A stretch of DNA of 54,070 nt from Octopus bimaculoides (Eukaryota), in the NCBI RefSeq assembly GCF_001194135.2, contig NC_068986.1, forward strand, positions 86,505,548 through 86,559,617. The letters are read 5' to 3'. The translations under genes and the position numbers were made by a program. The notes beneath the pieces were generated by a model that saw only the letters and a list, made by a program, of their open reading frames with translations, was not told where the DNA came from and made no database searches. Shown piece after piece: positions 39,072 through 52,502 of this stretch; position 1 is the stretch's first letter, and the number at the start of each line of letters is the position of its first letter.

Positions 39072-39345
39072 AGTTAAATGAATATGGAATTCAGGAGGAA
39101 ATAAGCTTCACGGTACAGAATTCCACGTTACGTTAACACACATATGATATATATATCATGTGTGTATGTACGTTTTTTTAATGCATTTCGGTGTTTATAT
39201 GCCTGTTCTAGCAATCTGTAGAATATTTAACCAATATTTATAGCGACATCTCACACCATTGCTAAAACGTTGAGTTTCTGAAAATGTAAAGTGGAATTCT
39301 GTACCGTGAAGCTTATTTCCTCATGAACTCCATATTCATTTAACT
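39072..39345. repeat. 55-bp inverted repeat (53/55) with a 164-bp spacer; MITE-like or fold-back
   Basis: 39072-39126 is the reverse complement of 39291-39345. Confidence 0.93.
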
Positions 39346-40984
39346 CCACGTAGTATAGAAATTCCGTAAATGAAAGGATGGCGTTAATTCCATCCGTTTA
39401 TTCACTTGTAGTTAATAATTCACTCCGTCACTAATCCGAATTTCTCGTTTGTGTGAGTTTAGACAAGCAACAAAATTGTGACAGATCTACTCCGGATTTG
39501 TCTGGTGGGCAGGATCCTCATAATTGTCATTTTCAGCTTTGGTTCTATAACATTTATATGGAAACGAGAGTGCAACTAATCGTGACCAGCGTTGGCTCAG
39601 AGGTTATTTAAATGGGTGTGCATATTTCTGTGAAAATAGTTAATTTTTTCATCTCTTATAAATGTTGTGCTGAATGTCGATACTTCCAAGAAGATTACTG
39701 TCGTGTCAATATATTACTTATGATTTAATAAGCTTTGTCATTCACTAACTAACAGACGAAACATATAATTTGCAGACCTCATTGAATCATGTACTCTATT
39801 GGTCAGTATATACGGCCTTACCAACCTCAACCACAGGAAAGCAACACATTGTCATCGGTACAATTTAAGCAATGATTTGACAAAGATCTTAAAGTCTTTT
39901 TTGGCTATGCTCCTATACAGAAACATCATATGATACTGCCTTCACTGTGACTAACTTTTCTTCTACATAACAAATGAAGTTTTGCTTCCTGTGACATCTT
40001 TATCATAGGGAATTTAAAAAATGAGTTCATGAAATAGCTTTCTGCTCATGTCAGACTAACCCGCATAAAAGTAACTGTTAAAATGAAATAAAACCAAAGA
40101 GCCTGCTGGTTTCAGAATGACTTATTCGTTAACAAAGTATACATGAACTAAACTGCAGTAACATTCCTGCTCATGTAACTAGCTTCAGTATTAACCTCGA
40201 ATAGCTTTATAGACCTCTCTGTACGCATTATACTATCCATTTGATAATACTTTGATCTGTAGTTTACGCGTGAGACTTATAATCAATCACCTGTTCTTTT
40301 AGTAAATGTCCTTGGGCGACAAGACAACAAAATCTAAAGTGGTGATTTCCTACTACCCTTATTATCGCTAACTTGATTTTTTTTTTTAATTCCTGTTTTC
40401 AATATAGATCTGTCTACACTCAATTGATGATTTATTTCAATGAATATATGAGAGGTAATATTAGTTGTTACATCAGCGTCAATACTATTCTGAATGGGAT
40501 CATACACACACAAACGCACACTCGTTCAAGAAAGGGAATCGTTGTTTACTGAGATAAGTTAAGGCTACTCACTACAAAATTAAGAGGTATATTTCCATAT
40601 GGATAAGTCTTCCAACCATTAAGTCTTCCTCCTCCTCCTCCTCCTCCTCCTCCTCCTCCACCACTGCTTAAACTCCCAAGTTAACATTTTATATCTACCC
40701 ACTTTTCTTTCTTCCTTCCTTATCGCATACCTTGTGGTCAGCTGGTCATGCTATATCTATGATCCAGCATCGTTTGCTTTCTGAAGGCTAGTTTTAAATA
40801 TACGATAAACAACTTTTGATATCCTAAGAAATGCCCTGACACTATTTACTATACATATTTCCATCTCATAACTGCCTTTTCGGCTTCGTATTTTGTGGCG
40901 TTCATGCTGCAACTGACCTTAGACTTAATAGTCCAAAAATAAATCAGCGATCTGGTAGAATTATTGACACGCCAGAATTATTAA

Positions 40985-41105
40985 CACGCTCAGACCCAAT
41001 TTGCCTTTCATCATTTCGGTGTCGATAAAATAAGCATCAGTTGAGCACTGGTATCAATGTAATCGACTAGCCAACTCCTCTTAAATATCAGGTCTTGTGT
41101 CTATA
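40985..41105 (+). mobile_element. SINE 3' part (33297 family) with an A-rich tail
   Basis: tttgcctttcatcatttcggtgtcgataaaataag...gcactgg...aatcgact...cttgtgtctataaaaaaa. Confidence 0.8.
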
Positions 41106-41892
41106 AAAAAAAAAGAAAATAGTACAACTATAACAGATTGGGTTAGAAAAAAATCTCTTCCTGTTGTTCGATCCTTGAAAATAATCTCAGGCCTTAGGCA
41201 TCAGTATCATATCAATAAATTACAAGCATATAATTCATAAATAACAACAATAACTGCAGTAACAATGATCCTTGTCATAGCTAACAATATGGAAGTCATT
41301 TCGGCAATACACAGTAGTAACGTATATTATATCAAACTAAGACAACTAAAATTTCTGCATATATTTTCCTGCTTTAGCTAGTTTAAACACAATTGTTTTC
41401 AAAATGAAATACAACTGAAGAATTACTAATCCAGCAAGAAGTGATATATTTGAGATTTTATAAGTTTTCCATGCTATAAAATATTGTTCCTTTATTTACT
41501 TATTTTATTGTTTTTTACATTATAATTATTCATGTATCATTATTATTGTTATGATTAACATTATTCATTTTGTTATTACCGTTGTTAATATTATTATCAT
41601 ACAATTATATATGTATATGTGTATGTGTGTATGTTTGTGTGTGGGGGTGTATGATCTTTTTCCTCTTTTTTGGGGTGGGGGGGGGCGATGCCTCCATTAT
41701 TGTTAATATTATTTTTGTTACACTGATTAATAATAAGTGTACTAGTATAATTATTACGACTGTTTGTATTACCGTCATCATCATTATAATTATTATTACT
41801 AGTATGTTTGTCACACTTATTATTTTCATTAATAAATAATAATAATTTTTTTTTTAAATGACAATAGTAATTATAATGATAAAAACGATAAT

Positions 41893-41894
<2 letters not shown>

Positions 41895-41966
<72 letters not shown>

Positions 41967-42009
41967 TAATAATAAGAGCAATAATAATGACAATAATAAT
42001 AATGATAAC

Positions 42010-42077
<68 letters not shown>

Positions 42078-42084
42078 TGATAAA

Positions 42085-42161
<77 letters not shown>

Positions 42162-42175
42162 TAATAATAATAATA
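41895..42175. repeat. (AAT)n array
   Basis: Direct. Confidence 0.95.
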
Positions 42176-42964
42176 ATGGTACTAATGTTAAAACTATAAT
42201 CATTCTTAAACTCATGCTTTTTTTTCCCTTTCACAATGTAGTTGTTATAGATTTTATTGTTTTACATTTTTCTCTATTTTTCTCTGTTTAATTTTCTGTC
42301 AGCTTATCTCTCCTGTTTGTTATCGTCATTTCCACAAGTTTTTTATTCAAGTTTTTTCTTCTCCCCGAATTTTTATTTATATGTTTTGTTTATTCATTCG
42401 GAAGTGGATGACGCGAGGAGTAGGCTGAGGTAAGCTTCTTTGTTTATACATTCTCCCAAATCAAATTTTATATCAGTTCTTTAACAAAACATTTTTACAC
42501 GGATTGTTTTATTTTATACATTTTCTTTTTTTTTGTTTTTATTCAACTGCAAATAAATCACAATGCGATTACTGCACATAAACATATACCTGTACACACA
42601 CACGCGTATACACTCACACACACACACACACACACACATGCACACAGATATAGGAACACACGCGTATGTATCCCAAAGCACAAACACATAAAAGCACGTA
42701 CACAAATGCAAAAGAATAAATGAATACAGATACGTGTATAAATATGTGCACGAGTATGTTTCTTTGTATTTCTACAGATACATATACGAGTTTGTAAATG
42801 TAGTTAATTGCTCATAGTTTTTAAGGAGTAAGATATTCATATCATATGTATATATATGTATATATATATATATTTATGTATATATACATATATCTATATC
42901 TATATCTATATATATATGCATGCAAAAAATATACATAGATCGATATATACATATGCATATATGT

Positions 42965-43112
42965 TTTTCTCCTTGTCTCCGTATTCTTTCTGTTGAAGAG
43001 CGTAGCTCGAAACGTCAAAGACTTTCCGTATTCCCGAGCGTCATACTAATATATACTTTTGTTATTTACACCACCTGTCCTCGTCTGTTGTTATTTTTTG
43101 TATATTCTCCCA
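42965..43112 (+). mobile_element. Short non-autonomous hammerhead-bearing element (copy 2)
   Basis: Homologous to 12765-12920 and runs into (TA)n. Confidence 0.78.
42985..43021 (+). ncRNA. Minimal type I hammerhead ribozyme, variant core (A6U)
   Basis: UCUUU-CUGUUGA-A-GAGC(GUA)GCUC-GAAA-CG-UC/AAAGA. It has a 5-bp stem I, a 4-bp stem II, a palindromic ACGU stem III and a GUC triplet. Confidence 0.75.
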
Positions 43113-44139
43113 TATATATATATATATNNNNNNNNNNNNNNNNNNNNNNNNNNNNNNNNNNNNNNNNNNNNNNNNNNNNNNNNNNNNNNNNNNNNNNNNN
43201 NNNNNNNNNNNNNNNNNNNNNNNNNNNNNNNNNNNNNNNNNNNNNNNNNNNNNNNNNNNNNNNNNNNNNNNNNNNNNNNNNNNNNNNNNNNNNNNNNNNN
43301 NNNNNNNNNNNNNNNNNNNNNNNNNNNNNNNNNNNNNNNNNNNNNNNNNNNNNNNNNNNNNNNNNNNNNNNNNNNNNNNNNNNNNNNNNNNNNNNNNNNN
43401 NNNNNNNNNNNNNNNNNNNNNNNNNNNNNNNNNNNNNNNNNNNNNNNNNNNNNNNNNNNNNNNNNNNNNNNNNNNNNNNNNNNNNNNNNNNNNNNNNNNN
43501 NNNNNNNNNNNNNNNNNNNNNNNNNNNNNNNNNNNNNNNNNNNNNNNNNNNNNNNNNNNNNNNNNNNNNNNNNNNNNNNNNNNNNNNNNNNNNNNNNNNN
43601 NNNNNNNNNNNNNNTATATATATATATATATATATATGCATAATGTGCATATTCATGTGAGAGTATGTGTGAGTCTATGCATGCTCTGTGTGTATATATG
43701 TGTGTGCATATAGGTGCTTCTTTTTCCTTTCGTTTTCATGTAATATATGCTTGTTTATTTTAAAGATATATTATTTGGCTAGGTAATCAAATTTGTTTCG
43801 TTTTCTTATTTAAAGAAAACCGAAAATACTATCCATGCACGCAGTAATGACGTTGGTGATATAACAACAACAACAACAACAACAACAGTATCAACAATAA
43901 TAATAATAACAATGACCATAATTATGATAATTGTGATGATGAAAACAATAATGCTGATGATAAATTGTTTTAATAATAAGAGTAATAATAATAATAATAA
44001 TAATAATATTTAATAACAATACAAAAACTAAGAAAGGTGATGTCAAATGTGAAAAGAAGAAATGTCAAAAGACCTATAAGAATATCAAAACAAGAAGAGT
44101 GTCAGTTATAGTAATACTTATATGTGTCTTTTTCTTCAT

Positions 44140-44152
44140 CAATACCACTACC

Positions 44153-44186
<34 letters not shown>

Positions 44187-44355
44187 TCATCATCCTCATC
44201 ATCATCATCATCATCATCTCACTTATGATTATTACTATTATTATTATAATTATTGCTGTTCTTGCTGTTATTATTATTACTGTTATTGTCCTCTGATTCT
44301 TCGCCATTGTGGCAAATGAATGGAATCATTCTTCTTCTTCTTTCTCTTTCTTCTT

Positions 44356-44445
<90 letters not shown>

Positions 44446-44559
44446 GTCATTTTCAGTATTATTATTATTGTTATTATTGTATTTGTCTTGTTGTTATTAC
44501 CATTTTTGTTAGAAGCAGCAGCATAGTAATAGTTGTGATGGTGGTGGTGGTGGTGGTTT

Positions 44560-44591
<32 letters not shown>

Positions 44592-44593
44592 GC

Positions 44594-44625
<32 letters not shown>

Positions 44626-44660
44626 NNNNNNNNNNGGTGGTGGTGGTGGTGGTGGTGATA
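44140..44660. repeat. Compound (CAC)(CAT)(ATT)(TTC)(ATT)(GGT)(AGT) arrays
   Basis: Direct. Confidence 0.9.
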
Positions 44661-44984
44661 GCGGTGTTTTTGTTCTTTCTATTATTGCTGTGATTTATTT
44701 TTCGAATTTTTTCAGTTTTAAAAATATCACGGTTAAAAAGATTATAGATTATTTTGATTATAGAAGCGGGATACATAAACGATTGTGATAAAGCGATATT
44801 ACAAAATAACAATATATAAAGGGAGTATAATCTAAGTGTGTGACCCCTTATGGAATACCAGTGATCTTGTTTAAATTTGTATACTAAAGGCAAGAACTCT
44901 CTTTCAAATGTCCTTCTTGACCCATTAGTAAATGCTTCATTTTACCTCATTCACCGCGTAATACTCACTACTGGTACCATGCTG

Positions 44985-45135
44985 AGACCCCTTCGGTCAT
45001 GACTGACCATCGGATTGCACCTAGAAAGTTACCCTCCCACACAAGTCCTGGCAAGTTTGTTTATGGAAGACCAGCAGTCCCCCATCAATACCAGCCTGCC
45101 CTACGTCACCGATGTGTTATCTATGGGAAAAGCTT
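44985..45135 (-). mobile_element. 3' half of the 20151-type SINE
   Basis: gaccatcggattgcacctagaaagttaccctccc and ggaagaccagcagtcccccatcaatacca align with the reverse complement of 20350-20460. Confidence 0.75.
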
Positions 45136-45459
45136 GTACCGACCTCGCAGTACCAACCTCGCAGCAAATTTATTGGAATGTAATTTGTCTCTTCTGAATA
45201 TTATTTACTCATCTAAATGGGACTTTGTAAGTTGTAATACTTAATGTCGGCTTGGTGAAAGAGGAAAAATGTCACTCTTCAAATGTTTGTTTGTTGGTCA
45301 AGATACAACTTTTCACAAAATTCTCACATAGAGGAAAATTTGTTGCACCCCATTCTAAGGAAAGATCGAAGGATGATTCTCACAATATAGCACATTGATT
45401 GCAGCGTTTATCTTACACCTAAAATCTGCTATACAATGTCCCTCAAAAGCGTCGTAATA

Positions 45460-45640
45460 ATACTTTCTAATTTTGGCTTAAGGCCAGCAATTTTGAAGAA
45501 GCGGATAATCAATCACATCGATCCCAGCGTTCAACTGCTGCTTATTTTATTGACCTTGAAAGGATAAATGACAACGTTAACCCTCGCTGGATTTGAGCCC
45601 AGAACGTAAAGATTGAAGGAATGCCGTTAAGCAATTTGCC
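45460..45640 (-). mobile_element. SINE (33297 family), diverged
   Basis: ctttctaattttggcttaaggccagcaattttg...ttattgaccttgaaaggataaa...ggatttgagcccagaac. Confidence 0.75.
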
Positions 45641-45649
45641 TGGAATGCT

Positions 45650-45897
45650 GGCATTAGGTCTCAAGGCTTCTGATCTTAATTGATTGGAAGTGTTATCATG
45701 TACATGTTTTGTTTTGGTATAAAAGATACGCTACAGCAAATATTCTGTTTAATACCACAGATTTGCTTGTCAGTTATTTGACCTTAACCAGTTGAGCATG
45801 TCTCTTGGTGGCTGACGATATGTGCATCTCTGATCATGACCAGAAGTAGTGGGGGAGCATCATAGCCATGTGTTGAAGGAATCCTTTGGGGTTTTAA
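45650..45897 (+). mobile_element. Interspersed repeat, partial copy of 51387-51925 (inverted)
   Basis: Long reverse-complement matches such as accacagatttgcttgtcagttatttgaccttaaccagtt. Confidence 0.85.
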
Positions 45898-46309
45898 TAA
45901 TAGCACCAGAAGCTGATGTAGCAGCTTCTTCTTCTGGATATCGATATAATACCAGTCGTCAGTGGAGCACTGAAATTTATTCGCGGGGGAATGAAGAACT
46001 ACAACAACCGTGCGGTCCAGAAAATCGCATGACATAGAGCTGCTAGCATACTAGTGAGACACTTTACTGGCAGTGTTTTAGATGCAATGTTTAGGTCAGT
46101 ATCTACACGATGCTTAACTGGAAGTATAAATGAGACAACAACAATATTAATATGATTATAATAAGAATAAGGATTATTATTAAAACAAATTACTGTTATT
46201 GATATGTCTGTCATCATCATCGTCATCATCATTATCCTCCTCATCAACATCATCATCATTATTATTATTACTATTAATATACCATCATTATCATCGTAAC
46301 TGAGATCAT

Positions 46310-46645
46310 AATGAAGAAGAAAGAACAAGAGCGGGAGGAGGACAGGAGCAGGAGCAGGTGAAGAAGGAGGAGGAGGAGGAGGAGGAGAAGAAGAAGAAGA
46401 AGAAGAAGAAGAAGAAGAAGAAGAAGAAGAAGAAGAAGAAGAAGCAGATGAAGAAGAAGAGGAAGAAGAAGAGGAAGAAGAAGAGGAAGAAGAAGAGGAA
46501 GAAGAAGAGGAAGAAGCAGATGAAGAAGAAGAGGAAGAAGAAGAGGAAGAAGAAGAGGAAGAAGAAGAAGAGGAAGAAGAAGAGGAAGATGAAGAAGTGG
46601 AAGAAGAAGAACAACACCAACAAGAAAGAGAAAGGGAAGAAGAAG

Positions 46646-46677
<32 letters not shown>

Positions 46678-47206
46678 GAATAATAATAATAATAAGATGA
46701 TGATGAAGAAGAAGACGGAGAACAACAACAACAAGAAAGAGAAAGGGAAGAAGAAGAAGAAGAAGAAGAAGAAGAAGAAGAAGAAAAAGTAGAAGAAGAA
46801 GAAGAAGAAGAAGAAGAAAAAGAGGAAGGAGGAGGAGGAGAAGAAGAAGAAGAAGAAGAAGAAGAAGAAGAAGAAGAAGAAGAAGAAGAAGAAGAAGAAG
46901 AGGAAAAACAAGAAGAAGAAGAAGAGGAAAAACAAGAAGAAGAAGAAGAAGAAGAAGAAGAAGAGGAGGAGGAAGAAGAAGAAGAAGCAGAAGAAGAAAC
47001 AGAAGAAGAAAAAGAAGAAGAAGAAAAGAAGAAGGAGAAGAAGAAGAAAAAGAAGAAGACAAGAAGAAGTAGAAGAAGAATAAAAAGAAGAAGAAGAAGA
47101 AGAACAACAACAACAACAACAACAAGAAAGAGAATGGGAAGAAGAAGAAGAAGAAGAAGAAGAAGAAGAAGAAGAAGAAGAAGAAGAAGAAGAAGAAGAA
47201 GAAGAA
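46310..47206. repeat. ~900-bp GAA-rich polypurine tract
   Basis: Direct. Contains internal GAAGAAGAAGAG 12-mers and a thrice-repeated subunit. Confidence 0.95.
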
Positions 47207-49099
47207 TGGTAAGACCAACTTCATCTACGAATTTCTTCCAGGATAATCAGAGATCCATATTCTTGAAATGTTTCCGCTTCAGAGTCTCATCAGTACTGCA
47301 AGTACTATTAACGTAATCTTTGTAGTGAAAAAAAAAAGGCGGCTTCACAGCCAGGCTGACAGGTAAGTAACAAAGGTGATTTGTAATGCTACAAAATGTG
47401 GAAAAAGCAAGAACTGGTTGATTAAAACTGTTTGTGTAAATGTGGAAAAATCTAATGAATATTTTTAAAGGAATCGGAACTAATTTTTTATGAATCTTTC
47501 ACAATTACTCGTATTCTCTCTGCAATTGATATATTTCAGATGCCAGTCGTATTCTTTCTCTACATCATAAACTACTTTGCGTAATCCGAGAAACCAAAGG
47601 AAACAATCAGTAGTAAACATGTTATTCGTTAGTGAACGACTCTATAACTCATGTAGATTGTAGTCATTATGGAGTAAATTCAAGACAGGGATATATAATT
47701 GTGAACAAAAGTCATCGTTGCTGTGATGGCTACATCGTGGTAGGTTGATTCTTGTTTATTTTTATATATCTTGACCATACGTGTACTGATGAACAAAAGA
47801 ATACAGGTTACTTCACAGTTTTTTCTGTATTTGATTGAGAAACCAGTGGTCTACCGTTGAGTTAAATGTTTTTAAGAGATAAATTTTGAAAAGCTGCATT
47901 CCCTCGCTTTAGGTAAATATGTTGCTTAATTTTGGTAGTTTTTTTTTTACTTATTTAGTCCCTCGATAGCGTGAGGCATTAATACACAGTTAATGCCCTT
48001 TATATATAATTAAATATATCTATGAAGAAACGATGAATTTTTTCATTACGAATTTTTTTTGTTATTTTTTCATTATGAGGTTTTTTTCACGCTGACTACT
48101 TGATAAATTCTTATAAAGAATTTATCCTATATTATATTATGTATGTATGTATGTATGTACATGCAAACATGTATATATGTATATACAATAAGACAANNNN
48201 NNNNNNNNNNNNNNNNNNNNNNNNNNNNNNNNNNNNNNNNNNNNNNNNNNNNNNNNNNNNNNNNNNNNNNNNNNNNNNNNNNNNNNNNNNNNNNNNNNNN
48301 NNNNNNNNNNNNNNNNNNNNNNNNNNNNNNNNNNNNNNNNNNNNNNNNNNNNNNNNNNNNNNNNNNNNNNNNNNNNNNNNNNNNNNNNNNNNNNNNNNNN
48401 NNNNNNNNNNNNNNNNNNNNNNNNNNNNNNNNNNNNNNNNNNNNNNNNNNNNNNNNNNNNNNNNNNNNNNNNNNNNNNNNNNNNNNNNNNNNNNNNNNNN
48501 NNNNNNNNNNNNNNNNNNNNNNNNNNNNNNNNNNNNNNNNNNNNNNNNNNNNNNNNNNNNNNNNNNNNNNNNNNNNNNNNNNNNNNNNNNNNNNNNNNNN
48601 NNNNNNNNNNNNNNNNNNNNNNNNNNNNNNNNNNNNNNNNNNNNNNNNNNNNNNNNNNNNNNNNNNNNNNNNNNNNNNNNNNNNNNNNNNNATATATATG
48701 CATGTATATATATATATATGTCTGTATGTATGTGGATATATATATGTATATTTGTCAACATCAACCATGGTTCCTATCAATTTCCTTACCATTATTAGAG
48801 CTTCTATCGGCCGTTTCTGTTTCTTTCTCTCTTTCATACCATGATTTATTTCCAACATTGTATGGGTTTTGTTTTTGCTGCTGTTATCTCTTAAGTAGAG
48901 TCCTAATTGTTCTCTTATATTCTTGTTGTTGTTCTTCTTGTCGTCATTCTTCTTATGCTGTCGTTCATATTGTTTTTGTCTCTTTTTTTTGTCCTCAAGC
49001 TGCTGCTAGTATCATTTTTAAGTCGTACACTTCGTTTTAATGCAGTTCCATCATGTGTGCTTCATTATGTTTTTTTTTTCATGAAGATTATGACTTCAA

Positions 49100-49132
49100 T
49101 GATGAAGCTTACGATGATGTTGACGCTACTGC

Positions 49133-49184
<52 letters not shown>

Positions 49185-49626
49185 GTTCTTGTTGTTGTTG
49201 TTGTTGGTTGTGGTGGTGCTTGTGTTAATGATGCTAATCGTTGTGACAATGGTGGTGGTTGTAGTGTTTTTTTTATTCTCGTTGATCCTGTTTTGTTGTT
49301 GCTTTTCATTATATCTTTCGCTTTGTTTCTGTTGTGACTCCAGTTATTATAGTATTGTAGTAGATTAGTGATTACAATTTTTCTTCTAGTCACCATCGTA
49401 GATGTAAAGCTTAGTTTTGCTGATATTGTTTTTCCTTTTTTCACAGTCACTATCTTCAATGTTATTACTGTTATTGTTTTTATTATTATTGATATTGTCA
49501 TCATTATTATTTAGACTTGTCATAGGTTTCATTTATTATTCATTATTATCATCATCATCATCATCATTATTATTATTATTATTATTAATATTATTATTAT
49601 TATTGTTATTATTATTATTATTATTA

Positions 49627-49678
<52 letters not shown>

Positions 49679-49700
49679 CATTATTATTGTTATTATTATC
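49100..49700. repeat. Compound (GCT)(GAT)(GGT)(GTT)...(ATT) arrays
   Basis: Direct. Confidence 0.85.
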
Positions 49701-50789
49701 GTAGCTATGTTTCCAAACACAGTTGCCATTCAAAAAGTCGTGTACGTTATTTCTCATTGGCCAATACACCGTTATCATTTTTTACTTGTCATTTCTGATC
49801 TTACTGCATTTACTGTTGTTGTTGTTGTTGTTGTTAATGTCGTTGTTCTCGTGTTTGCTTCCTGATTCAATTCTGATATGTATCTATTTATAATCACTAT
49901 TTCAGTTGTTGTTGTTGTGGATGTTGTTTTTGTTGTTGTTGTAGCTACTGTTCTTCTTGTTCTTGTGGTTAAACGTTAAACACCAGGTCGTCTTTGAATT
50001 GAACAAAGGCATCCGAGAAGTAGATCAACTCATGTTTTTGATATATGTATGACTTCCTACAGAATGTGTTTATAACGAATAATACCACCTCAGACAAAGA
50101 GATTTAATAACAAGAAGTGCATCAGTTCCGGTGTAGCAGGAGAGATGCGTATTCGTGTGTGCGTGTGTATATATGTGTGTGTGAGAGAGAGAGGGGGTAA
50201 AATATAGTGGACTGTTGAAGTGGTCAGATTTCTTCGTTGCAGTTAAACGGCGTAAGTTCTTGTTGCTACTTGACTTTAACTGCGTCACAGTCAATGGTCA
50301 AGTACTAAATAAAGCTATTATATATAAGTACGGTCTATCAATAAGAAGGCGCCAAATCGTTAATGACATTCTCGTTTGTTATTTACCAAATGATTTTTAC
50401 AAAAATTCCAATTCTAATGACTCAAGCATCTACTGGTTCGATTTTTCTTGGTCATCAAGCTACAAATAAAAACAAGTTATTAATGTTCCAATGAGAGAAC
50501 TGAATAGTTAGTCGTTACATGACATCATCAATCCTCAGCTGAATACTTATCTTTAATTTCACATTTGAACAAAATAATGTTGGTTTCAATTCCTTGGTAG
50601 TATGTCGCTGCTTGTTGCATTTCTTCATTTTGCTAGCTGCTGTGTGTGTTATTACAAACAGTTTGAGTAACTCAATAAAGGCCTCACAAGGGAGGCAGTT
50701 AGCAGAATAAAATGACGATTGGAGTAAATGCCATATGATATTGAAAAGTGCCCAATGTAATAGCATACATGCACATACACACACATCAA

Positions 50790-50791
50790 TG

Positions 50792-50838
<47 letters not shown>

Positions 50839-50839
50839 A

Positions 50840-50900
<61 letters not shown>

Positions 50901-50930
50901 GTCTGTCTATCTGTCTGTCTATCTGTCTGT
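50790..50930. repeat. (ATCT)/(GTCT)n array
   Basis: Direct. Confidence 0.95.
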
Positions 50931-50934
50931 CTAA

Positions 50935-51200
50935 TTTAAAAGGATTATATATTTTTTTTTGTTTTCCGTCCCCTTTCTTTACGATTCTGGAATCAAAAGG
51001 CCATGGTAGGTTGTTCAGTAAGCAACTTTGCTTTTCCTTATCTATAATCGATATGTCCGGTCTATTATATTCAAACTTTTTGTCTATTTGAATAGGAAAG
51101 TCCCACAAACTCTTACATTTCTCCGACTCCAGTACTCTTTCGATTCGGTGATTGCACCATGAGTTTCCTGCTTCAAATCCCTTTGTACCATGTGTTTCCA
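50935..51200 (-). mobile_element. R4/Dong-like non-LTR fragment: restriction-like (PD-D/ExK) endonuclease
   Basis: WCNHRIERVLESEKCKSLWDFPIQIDKKFEYNRPDISIIDKEKQSCLL...PFDSRIVKK...KIYNPFK matches the LWDF.IQTD...NRPDI...DK...PFD...K..KY signature. Confidence 0.9.
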
Positions 51201-51202
51201 CA

Positions 51203-51325
51203 CAGGTCGAATTTGCATTTCACAATCCGGGATCGATAAACTAAGTAACAGTTGAGTACTGAGATCAATGTAATCGATTCATGGCTGTCCCCTCAAATGG
51301 CTACCCTTGTGACAAAATTAGAAAC

Positions 51326-51327
<2 letters not shown>
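51203..51327 (+). mobile_element. SINE 3' part (33297 family) ending in (ATT)n
   Basis: aggtcgaatttgcatttcac...gatcgataaactaagtaacagttgagtactg...gtaatcgat...ccttgtgacaaaattagaaacc. Confidence 0.75.
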
Positions 51328-51386
<59 letters not shown>

Positions 51387-51925
51387 GAGTGAGATAGCAG
51401 TGCATGCCATCAAAGTAACACTGGGGTAAAATATATGAAGCTCAGTATACACATCATGACTGCCCACCTGATAATGGTACACCAGGCACATGCTTCACAA
51501 CCATATGTGCGCGATATGGGGATCTCATACCAAGATAAACAGCATATGATCTTGCAGGTGTGGCCTAGTTAGAATATTCTTCAGGTCGAGTAGCGCGTCA
51601 CGCACAAAAGGTCTTTGAATAAGGGTCGTTTAAGGAAGATGAACGAAATACTCATGTTTCCATAAGTAAATTATGAAAACCCCAAATAATTCCTTCGAAT
51701 ATGGCTATGATGCTCCCACATTACATATGATCAGAGATGCAGCATATCGTCAGCCACAAGGGGCATTCTTAACTGGTTAAGGTCAAACAACTGACAAGCA
51801 TATCTGTGGAACAAAGCAGAATATTTGCTGTAGCCCAACATTTATATCCAGAGAAATCAATGTACATAACACTTCCAATCAGTTAGATCAGAAGCCATGA
51901 GAGCAACTGCCTAGTACTGAATCAG
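51387..51925 (-). mobile_element. ~540-bp interspersed repeat, probably a retroposon 3' region, with an (AAT)n tail at 51328-51386
   Basis: Second copy at 45650-45897. Simple-repeat tail on the minus strand. No ORF recognised. Confidence 0.75.
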
Positions 51926-51944
51926 GATATATATTAATATTAAA

Positions 51945-52378
51945 CCTAACCCTAANNNNNNNNNNNNNNNNNNNNNNNNNNNNNNNNNNNNNNNNNNNNN
52001 NNNNNNNNNNNNNNNNNNNNNNNNNNNNNNNNNNNNNNNNNNNNNNNNNNNNNNNACCCTTACGCTAACCCTAACCCAATATTTAACCCTAACCCTAACC
52101 CTAACATTAACCATAACCTTAACCCTAACCCTAACACTAACCCCAACCCTAACTCTAACCCTATCCTTAACCTAACCCTAACCCCAACCCTAACCCTAAC
52201 CCTAACCCCAAACTTAACACTAACCCTAACTCTAACACTAACCCTAACATTAAACCTATCCCTAACACTAACCCTAATCGTAACCCTAAACCTAACCCAA
52301 ACACTAACCCTAACCCTAACCCTAACCCTAACGCTAACTCTAACCCTAAACCTAACCCTAACCTTAACCCTAATCCTA
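51945..52378 (-). repeat. Interstitial telomere-like (TTAGGG)n array (CCCTAA on plus), degenerate, spanning a gap
   Basis: Direct: 6-bp period with variants ACTAAC, TCTAAC, CTTAAC and CCCAAC. Confidence 0.93.
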
Positions 52379-52502
52379 TATTCTGTTCATCCCTAATGTG
52401 TCTACTTTGATAGGAATTGTTTCTGTTTTTAGCCTCCACATTCGAGTTACCTCTATTCATTGTTAGTATTGTTGTTGTTGTTGTTGTTATGGTAGTCGTT
52501 GT

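Noticed and set aside
40061-40074. 14-nt minus-strand microexon (ttttaacag|TTACTTTTATGCGG|gttagt)
   Set aside because: Splice signals are good, but nothing else supports it and it cannot be tested without RNA data.
45999-46117. Minus-strand exon after gtctcatttatacttccag| (VKHRVDTDLNIASKTLPVKCLT...)
   Set aside because: No homology, and open frames also exist on the other strand, so it cannot be discriminated.
47262-47296. Hammerhead-like CTGATGA...GGAAAC on the minus strand
   Set aside because: No stem II or stem I pairing.
47325-47368. Perfect donor CAG|GTAAGT
   Set aside because: Longer upstream exon candidates have stops in all frames, and a consensus donor alone is insufficient (likewise GAG|GTAAGC at ~42430).
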